From contig JBAYJK010000002.1 in the NCBI GenBank assembly GCA_041665145.1, positions 168,339-232,338 on the forward strand: DNA of 64,000 bases, given 5' to 3'. This document shows positions 36,531 through 44,639 of the stretch, piece by piece. Origin of the DNA: Patescibacteria group bacterium. GTDB taxonomy: Bacteria > Patescibacteriota > Microgenomatia > UBA1406. The stretch's first letter is position 1. Each line of letters opens with the position of its first letter. The notes beneath the pieces were generated by a model. It saw only the letters and a program-made list of their open reading frames with translations, searched no databases and was not told where the DNA came from. Both the position numbers and the translations under genes were made by a program.

Positions 36531-37064
36531 TCAATCAATTTTCAATTCAGAGAAAGCTTTTTCGAACACCGTAGCTAATACTTTTCTTTCTTCCTCTGTA
36601 AAATTCTGTAACACATATGCTTCTCCTGGTATTCTGTTTTCCGAATTTCTGTTATCCACTCCTATGCGCACTCTCCAGAAATCTTTTGTTCCCAATAATT
36701 CCTCAACCGAATTAACTCCATTATGCACTTTTGGCCCTTTGCCAAGGTTGATTTTATATTCGCCGAGTTTCAAATCGAGATCGTCGTGGACCACCAGCAA
36801 ATCTCGAATATCGAAGTTCGAATATCGAATATATGAAGACACTGCCTTCCCCGATTCGTTCATAAACGTTTGAGGTTTAAGTAGAACTAATTTCTTTCCC
36901 TCGAATTCGATTTCAATAATCTCACTTTGAAACTTACCACTTTCCTTTTTACTTTCTACCTTAGACTTTCGACTTATGTAATCCAAAAACAGAAATCCCA
37001 CATTATGTCGCGTATTTGCGTATTTTTCTCCCGGGTTTCCAAGACCTGTTATTAGCTTTGTCAT
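36531..37064 (-). CDS. pth: peptidyl-tRNA hydrolase
   Basis: LITGLGNPGEKYANTRHNVGF and LLVVHDDLDL are present. The start overlaps the upstream stop (ATGA). Confidence 0.85.
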   Translation of the reverse strand: MTKLITGLGNPGEKYANTRHNVGFLFLDYISRKSKVESKKESGKFQSEIIEIEFEGKKLVLLKPQTFMNESGKAVSSYIRYSNFDIRDLLVVHDDLDLKLGEYKINLGKGPKVHNGVNSVEELLGTKDFWRVRIGVDNRNSENRIPGEAYVLQNFTEEERKVLATVFEKAFSELKID

Positions 37065-37918
37065 TTAAATTTTGAGCTTGATTTGTGTATTTGTAGATTT
37101 GAATTTTGAATTTCTGCCGAGAATACCTCATCCGGGTTCAGTCTGAACAGTCCTTCATTCAATCGTTTTTGATCGAGATAGTGCGCAATAAACCCGACTG
37201 ATCGGGAAAGAACAAAAAAGGCGTTAAAAAATTCGGCTTCAATTAATTGCTGAATTGCTAAATTGTCAAACTGCTCCTCGGAAGTTAATAAATCAAGAAG
37301 AATTGCAGCAATAGTTCCGTCCACATTTAATATCAAATTCGGCTTTTTTGCGGACGTAATCTTTTCAACTTGCTGCGCATATTTCAGATACTCACCGCCT
37401 ACCCCCTTAACTGATGCTTGCAGCATTTTTACTCGAGGGTCCGGCATGTCTATCCGATATTTTTTATGTCCGATACCCGGAATGTATCTTTTTTGATGCG
37501 CGAACTCCTCGATAAGAGCAGCAGGCTCTTTTTGATCAGAGACAGCTGTATAAAATACCTGTGCAGAAGCGTTAATTGCGCCACCAAACCGGGGTCCGAT
37601 AGTTAATAGCCCTGAGACCAGTGACGACACCAAATCTTTGCCCGCACGGGCGGAAATAATGGTATTAACCGCACCGGATTGGTAGGGACCATGATCGACA
37701 AGTAGTTTAAGAACTAAATCGATGAAATTCTCAGTTTTTAAAGATTTGAGCTCTCGCCCTAACCATAAAGATCCGACAATCGCCGCAAAGGATTGCTTCT
37801 CTGCGACCTCCGTCAGTTTTTTTCCTAAAATAACCACTTCCTCGTCAACCTCCCCAGAAATAGTTGAGGTGAAAAGAGTGTGTTTTCGCTCTTTCAGATC
37901 ATTTATTTTTTTATCCAT
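37061..37918 (-). CDS. citrate-synthase-like domain protein (citryl-CoA lyase / ATP-citrate lyase C-terminal module)
   Basis: LVDHGPYQSGAVNTIISARAGKDLVSSLVSGLLTIGPRFGGA and IPGIGHKKYRIDMPDPRV resemble the ACLY C-terminal / Ccl pattern. Confidence 0.65.
   Translation of the reverse strand: MDKKINDLKERKHTLFTSTISGEVDEEVVILGKKLTEVAEKQSFAAIVGSLWLGRELKSLKTENFIDLVLKLLVDHGPYQSGAVNTIISARAGKDLVSSLVSGLLTIGPRFGGAINASAQVFYTAVSDQKEPAALIEEFAHQKRYIPGIGHKKYRIDMPDPRVKMLQASVKGVGGEYLKYAQQVEKITSAKKPNLILNVDGTIAAILLDLLTSEEQFDNLAIQQLIEAEFFNAFFVLSRSVGFIAHYLDQKRLNEGLFRLNPDEVFSAEIQNSNLQIHKSSSKFK
37064..37113. repeat. family B element (half copy) overlapping a gene junction
   Basis: aaattttgagcttgatttgtgtatttgtagatttgaattttgaatttctg encodes the C-terminal tail EIQNSNLQIHKSSSKFK of 37061..37918. 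Confidence 0.65.
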
Positions 37919-37954
37919 AAAAGTATTTTACCTCATATTCCATATTCTTATATT

Positions 37955-38938
37955 CTATATTCTCAACTCTCTCAGCACTTTCCCTAATTCCCCAAAACTT
38001 TCTGTCACGATAACTCCCGCTTTTTTCAAGGCCTCCCGTTTTTGACGCGCCTTTTCACCAACTGTTTCGGCTTTTGCCTTTGCATGTCCGAATTGAGGGC
38101 TCTCGGAAAACAAATCTGCAACAGTTCCTGCAATATGAGCGATCACCTTTTTCGGATTTCGTGCTTCGTGCTTCGAGTTTTTGTTCAGAATGTCTATCAA
38201 CTCATATTCATCCGTGCCTCCAAGCTCACCATAATAAACAATGGTTTTGGTCTTTGGGTCTTCAAGAGCCAAAGCAAACGCGTTTTTGGGTGTTAGCAAG
38301 GGAAACCTATCTCCGCCAAATGAGAGCGAAAACGACAAATGGTGGCCACTCTGCAACACAACCGAAATGAGCTCATTTGTCATACCTCCTGATGCAGACA
38401 TGACCGCGACATCTCCTTGTTCTAATATTCCAGATGTAACAATCTGCTCGGGCGTAATACCACCGATCGGACCAAGTTTTAAAATTCCGGGAAGAACCAA
38501 GCCCACACTTGCGGGACCGATTAACAGCCTTCCATTTTTTACAACGGTATTATAGAGCTCCAAACTATGCAATTCAGGAACTCCTTCGGCAAAAAAGACT
38601 CCGCCAGTAAGATTCGTAAAAAGCCTATTCATAACGATCCCGGTAGATAATGCTCGGCGGCCGGAAGAGAGATTAATAAACCAATCAATTAAGTGTGCGT
38701 TCTCAACTCGTTCGAATGTATGATACTGTGAAATAAGTACTTCTTTTTTACCCCAGAAGTACTTTAGATGCGCATCGGAATTTCCGATTATTCCGAATAT
38801 GCTCGGTTTGCTTTTCCCCGCCAAATAGTCGAAGTCCAATATTGATTGGACTATTTGCGGATGATTCCCCACCACAAGAATATTATTCCGCCCATTTCTT
38901 ATTGCTTCTATCTTTGAGATTTGAATTTGATTTGTCAT
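37955..38938 (-). CDS. succinyl-CoA-synthetase-alpha-like / ATP-citrate lyase CoA-ligase module
   Basis: CoA-binding and ligase_CoA pattern: MSASGGMTNELISV and the phosphohistidine-loop-like SPQFGHAKAKAE. Confidence 0.65.
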   Translation of the reverse strand: MTNQIQISKIEAIRNGRNNILVVGNHPQIVQSILDFDYLAGKSKPSIFGIIGNSDAHLKYFWGKKEVLISQYHTFERVENAHLIDWFINLSSGRRALSTGIVMNRLFTNLTGGVFFAEGVPELHSLELYNTVVKNGRLLIGPASVGLVLPGILKLGPIGGITPEQIVTSGILEQGDVAVMSASGGMTNELISVVLQSGHHLSFSLSFGGDRFPLLTPKNAFALALEDPKTKTIVYYGELGGTDEYELIDILNKNSKHEARNPKKVIAHIAGTVADLFSESPQFGHAKAKAETVGEKARQKREALKKAGVIVTESFGELGKVLRELRI

Positions 38939-38963
38939 TTGTTATTTGAGTTTTGAATTTCTG
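38914..38963. repeat. family B element overlapping a gene junction
   Basis: tttgagatttgaatttgatttgtcatttgttatttgagttttgaatttctgac encodes MTNQIQISKIE of one gene and SEIQNSNNK* of the next. Confidence 0.65.
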
Positions 38964-40161
38964 ACAATGCCTTTTTAACTATCTCTGTAAGCACCATTTC
39001 CGGTCCGGCAACGTGTCCGAGTATTTCGTTATCGGATAAGAATTTATGCATCAGGGCTAGCCCTTTGTCTTGGTTTGGACCACCTCGCCGCACGTATACC
39101 TGGATATGCTGCTTTTGCAAAAGGGCGATTTCTTCTTTTAGTGCTTGGATAATTCCTTTGAAAGTCTTTGTAACGTCCGTGAAATTTGCTACACCTCCGG
39201 CTATAACAAGAACTTTCTTCTCTGCTTTTGAATCGAGCATAGTTTTGATAATGGTCTTTGTATACAAATACGTATCTTCCGTTGAAGGACTTCCACTATA
39301 TTCACCATAGTTTCCCAACTCTTTTCCATACCCAAGATCTGCAACCTCGTCGGCAAGAACCAAACTTGCCCCACCGCCCGACAGCAGCATCCAGATGCTT
39401 CCGTTCGGATTAATAACCTTGAGTTTAAGGGAAGCCGGGGTTGTTGCATCAAGCTGACGGACCTGTTTCTCCGCAGGGTGTTCTGACAGCTCATCTACAG
39501 CGCTTGACGATCCGTAAGGGCGAGACCCTGCATCGTCTGCGAGAACGGCACAATCTAGGAGCTGGAAGTTGGTCGTTTGAAGTTTGGAGACTGTAGCCTG
39601 CAATTCGACGAGCGGATTGATTTCGAGAAATGAGAAATGATATTTGTCCATTATCTGACAGAGCTTTATTACAAAATCGTTTCGCCTCTCCTCGTCAGTT
39701 TTCCTCGTCGTTTCTCCCGATTTTGTTTGTTTGTTTCGAGATTCGAGATTCGAGATTCGAGATTCGTTTATGCTCTCCCAATTGTCTTCCACCTCAATTC
39801 CTCCCTTCTCCGAATACAAAACCCGCATCCCTTCACGCACACGTTCTATCGACAAATAATGTTCTTCTTCCGGTTTGTGAGTAACTAATTCCTCGATAAG
39901 AAATTGGGTATACCCCTGTTTTGATTTGTCTTGTATAAACTGAACACATTCATCCGGAGTAGCGTTAATTTTAACCAAACCTTGTTTTCCCCTTTTCTTA
40001 ATTCCCTGATCTACCTTCACTACCAGTTTCTTTCCCTCAAATAAAGAGATTATTTCTTGCGTTGTTATCGATATTGTTGCCGGTAAACCCAGCCAGGTGA
40101 GACGCAATTCTTTGGAGAGTATGTTTTTTGCCGAAAATTCGCTTATTTTAATCCGTGCCAT
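38935..40161 (-). CDS. ATP-grasp / citrate-binding subunit (ATP-citrate lyase beta-like or citryl-CoA synthetase large subunit-like)
   Basis: The N-terminus MARIKISEFSAKNIL resembles ACLY/SucC. LGNYGEYSGSPSTEDTYLYTKTIIKTM matches ACLY [23 protein letters not shown]. Confidence 0.65.
   Translation of the reverse strand: MARIKISEFSAKNILSKELRLTWLGLPATISITTQEIISLFEGKKLVVKVDQGIKKRGKQGLVKINATPDECVQFIQDKSKQGYTQFLIEELVTHKPEEEHYLSIERVREGMRVLYSEKGGIEVEDNWESINESRISNLESRNKQTKSGETTRKTDEERRNDFVIKLCQIMDKYHFSFLEINPLVELQATVSKLQTTNFQLLDCAVLADDAGSRPYGSSSAVDELSEHPAEKQVRQLDATTPASLKLKVINPNGSIWMLLSGGGASLVLADEVADLGYGKELGNYGEYSGSPSTEDTYLYTKTIIKTMLDSKAEKKVLVIAGGVANFTDVTKTFKGIIQALKEEIALLQKQHIQVYVRRGGPNQDKGLALMHKFLSDNEILGHVAGPEMVLTEIVKKALSEIQNSNNK
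39737..39764 (+). repeat. perfect heptamer tandem array (CGAGATT)x4 inside the CDS 38935..40161
   Basis: Read directly from the sequence. On the minus strand it encodes ESRISNLESR within an apparent insert. Confidence 0.9.
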
Positions 40162-40171
40162 TGTGATAATC

Positions 40172-40206
40172 AGTAGCTAGTAGTTAGTAGATAGTAGATA
40201 GTATAT
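40172..40206 (+). repeat. degenerate heptamer array (AGTAGNT)x5 in the leader of the ACL-like operon
   Basis: The units are agtagct agtagtt agtagat agtagat agtatat. The heptamer is the same as in 19684..19711. An extended -10, TGGTATTAT, lies at 40205..40213 on the minus strand. Confidence 0.8.
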
Positions 40207-40222
40207 AATACCATAAGAAATT

Positions 40223-40293
40223 AGGGGCGTCGTTCAACGGCAGGACTGCGGTCTCCAAAACCGCCAATGGGAGTTCGATTCTCTCCGCCCCTG
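40223..40293 (+). tRNA. tRNA-Trp (anticodon CCA)
   Basis: Hand-folded: acceptor AGGGGCG/CGCCCCT, D stem GTTC/GGAC, anticodon stem GCGGT/ACCGC, loop CTCCAAA, T stem GGGAG/CTCTC with TTCGATT. 71 nt. Confidence 0.85.
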
Positions 40294-40378
40294 CATTAAA
40301 AACTGTTTGCGAAGTATGAGCATTACAGTTTTTTATGCCCTTCCGAAGCTTTAGCGAAGGAGGGCTCGATTTTGCATC

Positions 40379-41674
40379 ATGACAAACACAAAACATATTT
40401 ACGCCTTTATTCTCGGTCTCAATCATTCTTTGAGTAAAGTCGAGATCTTGAATGTACTGGTAAAACAACAGATAGATTTTAAGCTCGTGGAATGCTCGCA
40501 AGAAGTGCTGATAATCGAGTCTGCCACAGATCTCAAAACACTCAACATCGAGCTGTTCGGAGGCGTCGTGAAGTTTGTAGAGATAATAAAGACTGCTCCA
40601 CTGGAAACGTTTTTTGCAGACGACTCTGATTTCTTTTCCTCAGTCGATATTGCCGATTTTATTCCCGATAAAGCAGAAAAAATTACGTTCGGTGTGAGTG
40701 TGTACAGTGCCGGGTGTAAATTCAAAGACCTTAATTATGCCTGGTATATTGCTCCCAAGTTTGCGGAATGGGTACAGTATGCTTCCGATTTACTCGACAC
40801 GAAAGCAAACTTTCTCCCGTTAAAAGAACGCCGCCTGTCAACTGCCGCAGTTGACAAAGGGAGATTGCTGAAACGTGGTTTTGAAATGTGTTTATGCGTC
40901 GGCAGTGAGAAAATGTATATCGGAAAAACTCTCGCCATTCAAGATTACGCAAGTTACGGTTTCCGTGATTACGGTAGACCGGAACGTGACGCTCATGCAG
41001 GTATGATTCCTCCGAAAATTGCCAAAATCATGATTAATCTTGCAAACCAAAACAAGCTCGCAACCATGTATGACCCGTTCTGCGGAAGCGGAACAATGCT
41101 GGAGGAAATGATGCTTTTGGGGTTCAGAAAACTGAAAGGATCAGATATGAGTGACAAGGCAGTAGCCGATTCCAAGGCAAATTTGAAATGGCTATTCGAA
41201 CATTATGGCGATATCAAACGGGAAACATATCAGTTCGATTTGTTTCAAGCAGACGTCACCCTATCTTCGCAGAAACTGGATCTTGAAAGCATCGATGCAA
41301 TTGTCACCGAGCCTTATCTTGGGTCTGTTAACGCCCGGTATTTCAACAAAGTTCAGGCTGCCAAGGAAATGGACATGCTTGAAAGATTGTATCTTGAGAC
41401 ATTTGGCCAATTCAGAAACATTCTTCATCAAAACGGTGTTGTGGTAATTATTTTCCCAGTCCTCAAGGTACGTCAGGAGTTTTTCTATTTGCAGATTCTT
41501 GACGATTTAAAAATTGAAGGATGGGTTCAACAAAGCTACGTCCCTCAGCAGTTTAACAATGAAAAAGATCTTGCAAAACTCAATTTAACACTGACAGATC
41601 GAAATTCAATTGTATACTTCCGCCCCGATCAAACTGTTTCGAGAGAAATAATGGTATTCAAGAAAACTAAATGA
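40379..41674 (+). CDS. class I SAM-dependent methyltransferase (UPF0020/Trm11-like RNA methylase)
   Basis: Motif I is MYDPFCGSGTMLEE. A motif IV-like IVTEPYLG stands in for the DPPY type. Confidence 0.65.
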   Translation: MTNTKHIYAFILGLNHSLSKVEILNVLVKQQIDFKLVECSQEVLIIESATDLKTLNIELFGGVVKFVEIIKTAPLETFFADDSDFFSSVDIADFIPDKAEKITFGVSVYSAGCKFKDLNYAWYIAPKFAEWVQYASDLLDTKANFLPLKERRLSTAAVDKGRLLKRGFEMCLCVGSEKMYIGKTLAIQDYASYGFRDYGRPERDAHAGMIPPKIAKIMINLANQNKLATMYDPFCGSGTMLEEMMLLGFRKLKGSDMSDKAVADSKANLKWLFEHYGDIKRETYQFDLFQADVTLSSQKLDLESIDAIVTEPYLGSVNARYFNKVQAAKEMDMLERLYLETFGQFRNILHQNGVVVIIFPVLKVRQEFFYLQILDDLKIEGWVQQSYVPQQFNNEKDLAKLNLTLTDRNSIVYFRPDQTVSREIMVFKKTK

Positions 41675-41695
41675 GAACTTTGCTATAGTACCTTT

Positions 41696-42271
41696 ATGAC
41701 GGGGCGCACACATGACCTTACTGCATTCACTTTTCTTATCACCGCCGCCTACGTCACTATTCCGCACATAACGCTTGCTACAACCGTCACAGCGCTTGCA
41801 GCAGCGATGCTGGGAGGCATTGCACCCGACCTAGATCAACCGACGGCACGACTATGGAACAGATTGCCGGCGGGTTCAATTATCGGCCGCATTATTCACC
41901 CGCTTTTGGGAAGCCACCGACTAATCTCACATTCACTTTTTGGAATGTCTCTCATCGGACTGGGACTTTTGTTTTTACTACCACAACTTGGTACGGTTCT
42001 TTTGGTTGATATGAATGTTGTATGGTGGGCGTTCATGCTGGGATATTTATCGCATCTTGTTGTCGACACCATTACTAAAGAAGGCGTTCCGTGGCTATTC
42101 CCCATCCCTATCCGATTAGGAATTCCACCGTTCAAATTCTTACGATTAACAACAGGTGGCATGATCGAAAAAGGAATTATCTTCCCCGGATTACTTATTT
42201 TTGACGGATATTTAGTCTACCAGCATTACCACCGATTTGTTGTTTTGTTTACACAGCACGTGCTCAAATAA
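41696..42271 (+). CDS. membrane-bound metal-dependent hydrolase (YdjM/DUF457 family)
   Basis: MTGRTHDLTAF..., SHSLFG and SHLVVDTITKEGVPWLFP are present, with multiple TM helices. Confidence 0.6.
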   Translation: MTGRTHDLTAFTFLITAAYVTIPHITLATTVTALAAAMLGGIAPDLDQPTARLWNRLPAGSIIGRIIHPLLGSHRLISHSLFGMSLIGLGLLFLLPQLGTVLLVDMNVVWWAFMLGYLSHLVVDTITKEGVPWLFPIPIRLGIPPFKFLRLTTGGMIEKGIIFPGLLIFDGYLVYQHYHRFVVLFTQHVLK

Positions 42272-42330
42272 AGTTTTCAGTTCATAGTTCTCAGTTTTTA
42301 AAGAGTTTTCGGTTCTTAAGTATTAAATAC
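42271..42330. repeat. family A element, half copy
   Basis: aagttttcagttcatagttctcagtttttaaagagttttcggttcttaagtattaaatac matches the left arm of 33181..33306. Confidence 0.65.
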
Positions 42331-42335
42331 TCCGT

Positions 42336-42788
42336 CTAATTCAGTTTCACTTCTACTCTTTTATCTACACTCGCCTCCGGGTCTAATACATAAAACTTTT
42401 CGGGAGTTATTTTGTATAGCCGGTAATACCCCACTTTTCTAAGAGTTGCCAAGTTCATGGGAATAAACGATGTGCGGTAGTATCGCAACGCATCAACAAT
42501 TTCAATCCCTTTCAATTGTTTCGCAATTCCATAACCCTGCACCCCATTCCCTGTTCCTTCTTTCTGATGCGAATCAAAAATAGCGAACGCGACTTTGCCG
42601 TTTTTGGCAATATTTTGAGAGTGAACACTATTAGTAAGTGAAATATAATAAAAGTTAAATTTATTGTCCTTACAGTAAAACAGAGGAGATGCCCACGGCA
42701 TTTCAGTCGCTGTTGCGAGAGTCAGATAGATATTATTGCGAATAATATCCCTCGCCATTTGCTGTAGTTTTGTTTCCTTGTTGTTCAT
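42336..42788 (-). CDS. pyridoxamine 5'-phosphate oxidase-like FMN-binding split-barrel protein
   Basis: IRNNIYLTLATATEMPWASPLFYCKD...VAFAIFDS fits the pattern. I prefer the ATG at 42788 over the TTG at 42803. Confidence 0.6.
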   Translation of the reverse strand: MNNKETKLQQMARDIIRNNIYLTLATATEMPWASPLFYCKDNKFNFYYISLTNSVHSQNIAKNGKVAFAIFDSHQKEGTGNGVQGYGIAKQLKGIEIVDALRYYRTSFIPMNLATLRKVGYYRLYKITPEKFYVLDPEASVDKRVEVKLN

Positions 42789-42837
42789 GTTATAAACAAT
42801 CAACTAATGATTGTTGCGGGAATACTATCATGACGTC

Positions 42838-42866
42838 TTGACTTGTGTAAAATTGTTGTGCATAAT
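42838..42866 (+). promoter_or_regulatory. promoter of the TrmB-like regulator; leaderless geometry
   Basis: TTGACT (42838..42843), 17-nt spacer, CATAAT (42861..42866), then 7 nt to the ATG at 42874. Confidence 0.55.
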
Positions 42867-42873
42867 GTGCACA

Positions 42874-43641
42874 ATGTACTTAGAATCTGAGGCGCAAACA
42901 TATTTACAAAAACTCGGTTTGACTCAGGAAGAGGCAGATCTGTACTTGTCTTTGGTGAGAAACGGTCCGTCTAACCTACTGAAAGCTTCCCGTTACTCGG
43001 GAGTTGAAAGAACAAAACTGTATCGAATGATCGGCTCGTTGAAAGACAGAGGAATCATTGAAGAAGTTCTTGCCCACAAGAAACATGTTTTAAAAGCAGC
43101 CTCGGCTGACCGTTTGCTATCGATCATTCAATCACAGCAGTCTGAACTGACCACTGCACAATCTGTCTTCCCCAACTTTAAACACTACCTGCAATCCATC
43201 CAGGCGCCCACACAAGGTACTGAAGTCTTATATTATGAAGGGATTGATGGTATACGTCAGATTTTATGGAACACTCTGCAGGCACGGCCGATGTTGCGGT
43301 GTTATGTCGATACGGTTTTTAACCGAATAGTCGGTCAAAAATTTCTTGAAAGTTGGGGTGAGGAAGTTGTTGCTTTGAATATGGAAATTCGCCAATTTAA
43401 TAGTCCGAATTTTTTGAAAAGCCACAAAGGGGTGCAACCGGTGAATTTAGGTAAGAAATTTAGCATGAAAGATGCCCCAAAAGAAGTTGCCGTAACACAC
43501 GGAATGGATATATACAATGACACAGTTGCGATTTACTATTGGGAAAATAACGAGATTCTGGGAGTTGAGATAAAAAACCCAGCAATTGCCCGAATGCAAG
43601 AATCTATCTTTGACTTCTTTTGGAACAAGATAAAGAGTTAG
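42874..43641 (+). CDS. TrmB-family transcriptional regulator
   Basis: The N-terminal winged HTH is YLQKLGLTQEEADLYLSLVRNGPSNLLKASRYSGVERTKLYRMIGSLKDRGIIEE. Confidence 0.7.
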   Translation: MYLESEAQTYLQKLGLTQEEADLYLSLVRNGPSNLLKASRYSGVERTKLYRMIGSLKDRGIIEEVLAHKKHVLKAASADRLLSIIQSQQSELTTAQSVFPNFKHYLQSIQAPTQGTEVLYYEGIDGIRQILWNTLQARPMLRCYVDTVFNRIVGQKFLESWGEEVVALNMEIRQFNSPNFLKSHKGVQPVNLGKKFSMKDAPKEVAVTHGMDIYNDTVAIYYWENNEILGVEIKNPAIARMQESIFDFFWNKIKS

Positions 43642-43756
43642 TTCTTAGTTCACAGTTCTCAAAGAGTTCTTAAGAGACAGTTCTTAAACAGCATCTGTTT
43701 AGTACTTAAGAACTAGTAGTTTCTTTAAGAACTGAGAAATGAGAATTAAGAACTGC
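43641..43756. repeat. family A palindromic intergenic element, copy 3
   Basis: See 33181..33306. Confidence 0.75.
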
Positions 43757-43775
43757 TATTGTGTATACTGATCTT

Positions 43776-44639
43776 ATGGCTAAGTATATTCCCGATATTC
43801 GTAATCATAGATGGGTAATTCTCGCTACGGGTCGCGTCTCACGCCCTCACGATAAAAACAAACAGCACAGGCTGGTTAAAAAAGACGGAATACACATTTC
43901 TCCCGACTGCCCGTTTTGTCCGGGGAATGAAAAACAGACACCTGCTGAAGTAGATATTTTCAAGAAAAACAGCGATTGGACCATGCGGACGTTTTCAAAT
44001 AAATTCCCTATCACTGATATTCACGAGGTTATTGTGCACACCCCCGATCATCTGAAGGAAATTCCGGAAATGACTGATAAAGAAATGCAGGAACTCATGA
44101 TTATGTACCAACGCAGGCTTGTAGAACTCGCGAAAGAGGGTGTTCCAATAGTTTTTCGCAATAAAGGAGTCGACGCGGGCACCAGCCTCCTCCACCCCCA
44201 TTCTCAGATTATTGTTATTCCCTCGCAAGTAAATCTTGAGACACTTTCTCTTGAACCAATCAAAAATAAGGTCAGTGAAGACGAGCATTTTGTCGCATAT
44301 TGCCCGGACTTTTCGCAATACCCATATGAAGTCTGGATAGCCCACAAGTCATGCGAAAACATTGAGGCCGGTTCGCATGAAAACGATAAAATTGTTTATT
44401 CAAATTTTACTGCAGAAGAATTACTGTCTCTCGGCATTTTACTGAAGAAAACAATTCGTGCATTGAGCAAAATACTCGACGGGTTCGCGTACAACTATTA
44501 CATCGGTCCAAAACCTCCATTTTATTTACGAATTATTCCGCGCATCTATATTCGGGGTGGATTTGAGATCGGAACAGGGCTTTCAACAAACATCGTCGAT
44601 CCGTTGGTAGCAAGTGAAGAGATCAGAAAACATCTCTAA
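43776..44639 (+). CDS. galT: galactose-1-phosphate uridylyltransferase family (HIT-like nucleotidyltransferase/phosphorylase)
   Basis: A CPFCPGNE zinc knuckle and an HPHSQII (HxHxQ) active site are present. The start is set at ATG 43776 because TATACT lies 6 nt upstream. Confidence 0.7.
   Translation: MAKYIPDIRNHRWVILATGRVSRPHDKNKQHRLVKKDGIHISPDCPFCPGNEKQTPAEVDIFKKNSDWTMRTFSNKFPITDIHEVIVHTPDHLKEIPEMTDKEMQELMIMYQRRLVELAKEGVPIVFRNKGVDAGTSLLHPHSQIIVIPSQVNLETLSLEPIKNKVSEDEHFVAYCPDFSQYPYEVWIAHKSCENIEAGSHENDKIVYSNFTAEELLSLGILLKKTIRALSKILDGFAYNYYIGPKPPFYLRIIPRIYIRGGFEIGTGLSTNIVDPLVASEEIRKHL

Noticed and set aside
19684-40206. Tandem short repeats (GATAGTA x4, CGAGATT x4, AGTAGNT x5) considered as possible CRISPR arrays.
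   Set aside because: The units are 7 bp, directly abutting, with no spacers. No cas genes are present. They are microsatellite-like arrays, not CRISPR.
40184-40501. 105-aa minus-strand ORF.
   Set aside because: It overlaps tRNA-Trp and the heptamer array, and it runs antisense to the start of the methyltransferase gene. It is spurious.
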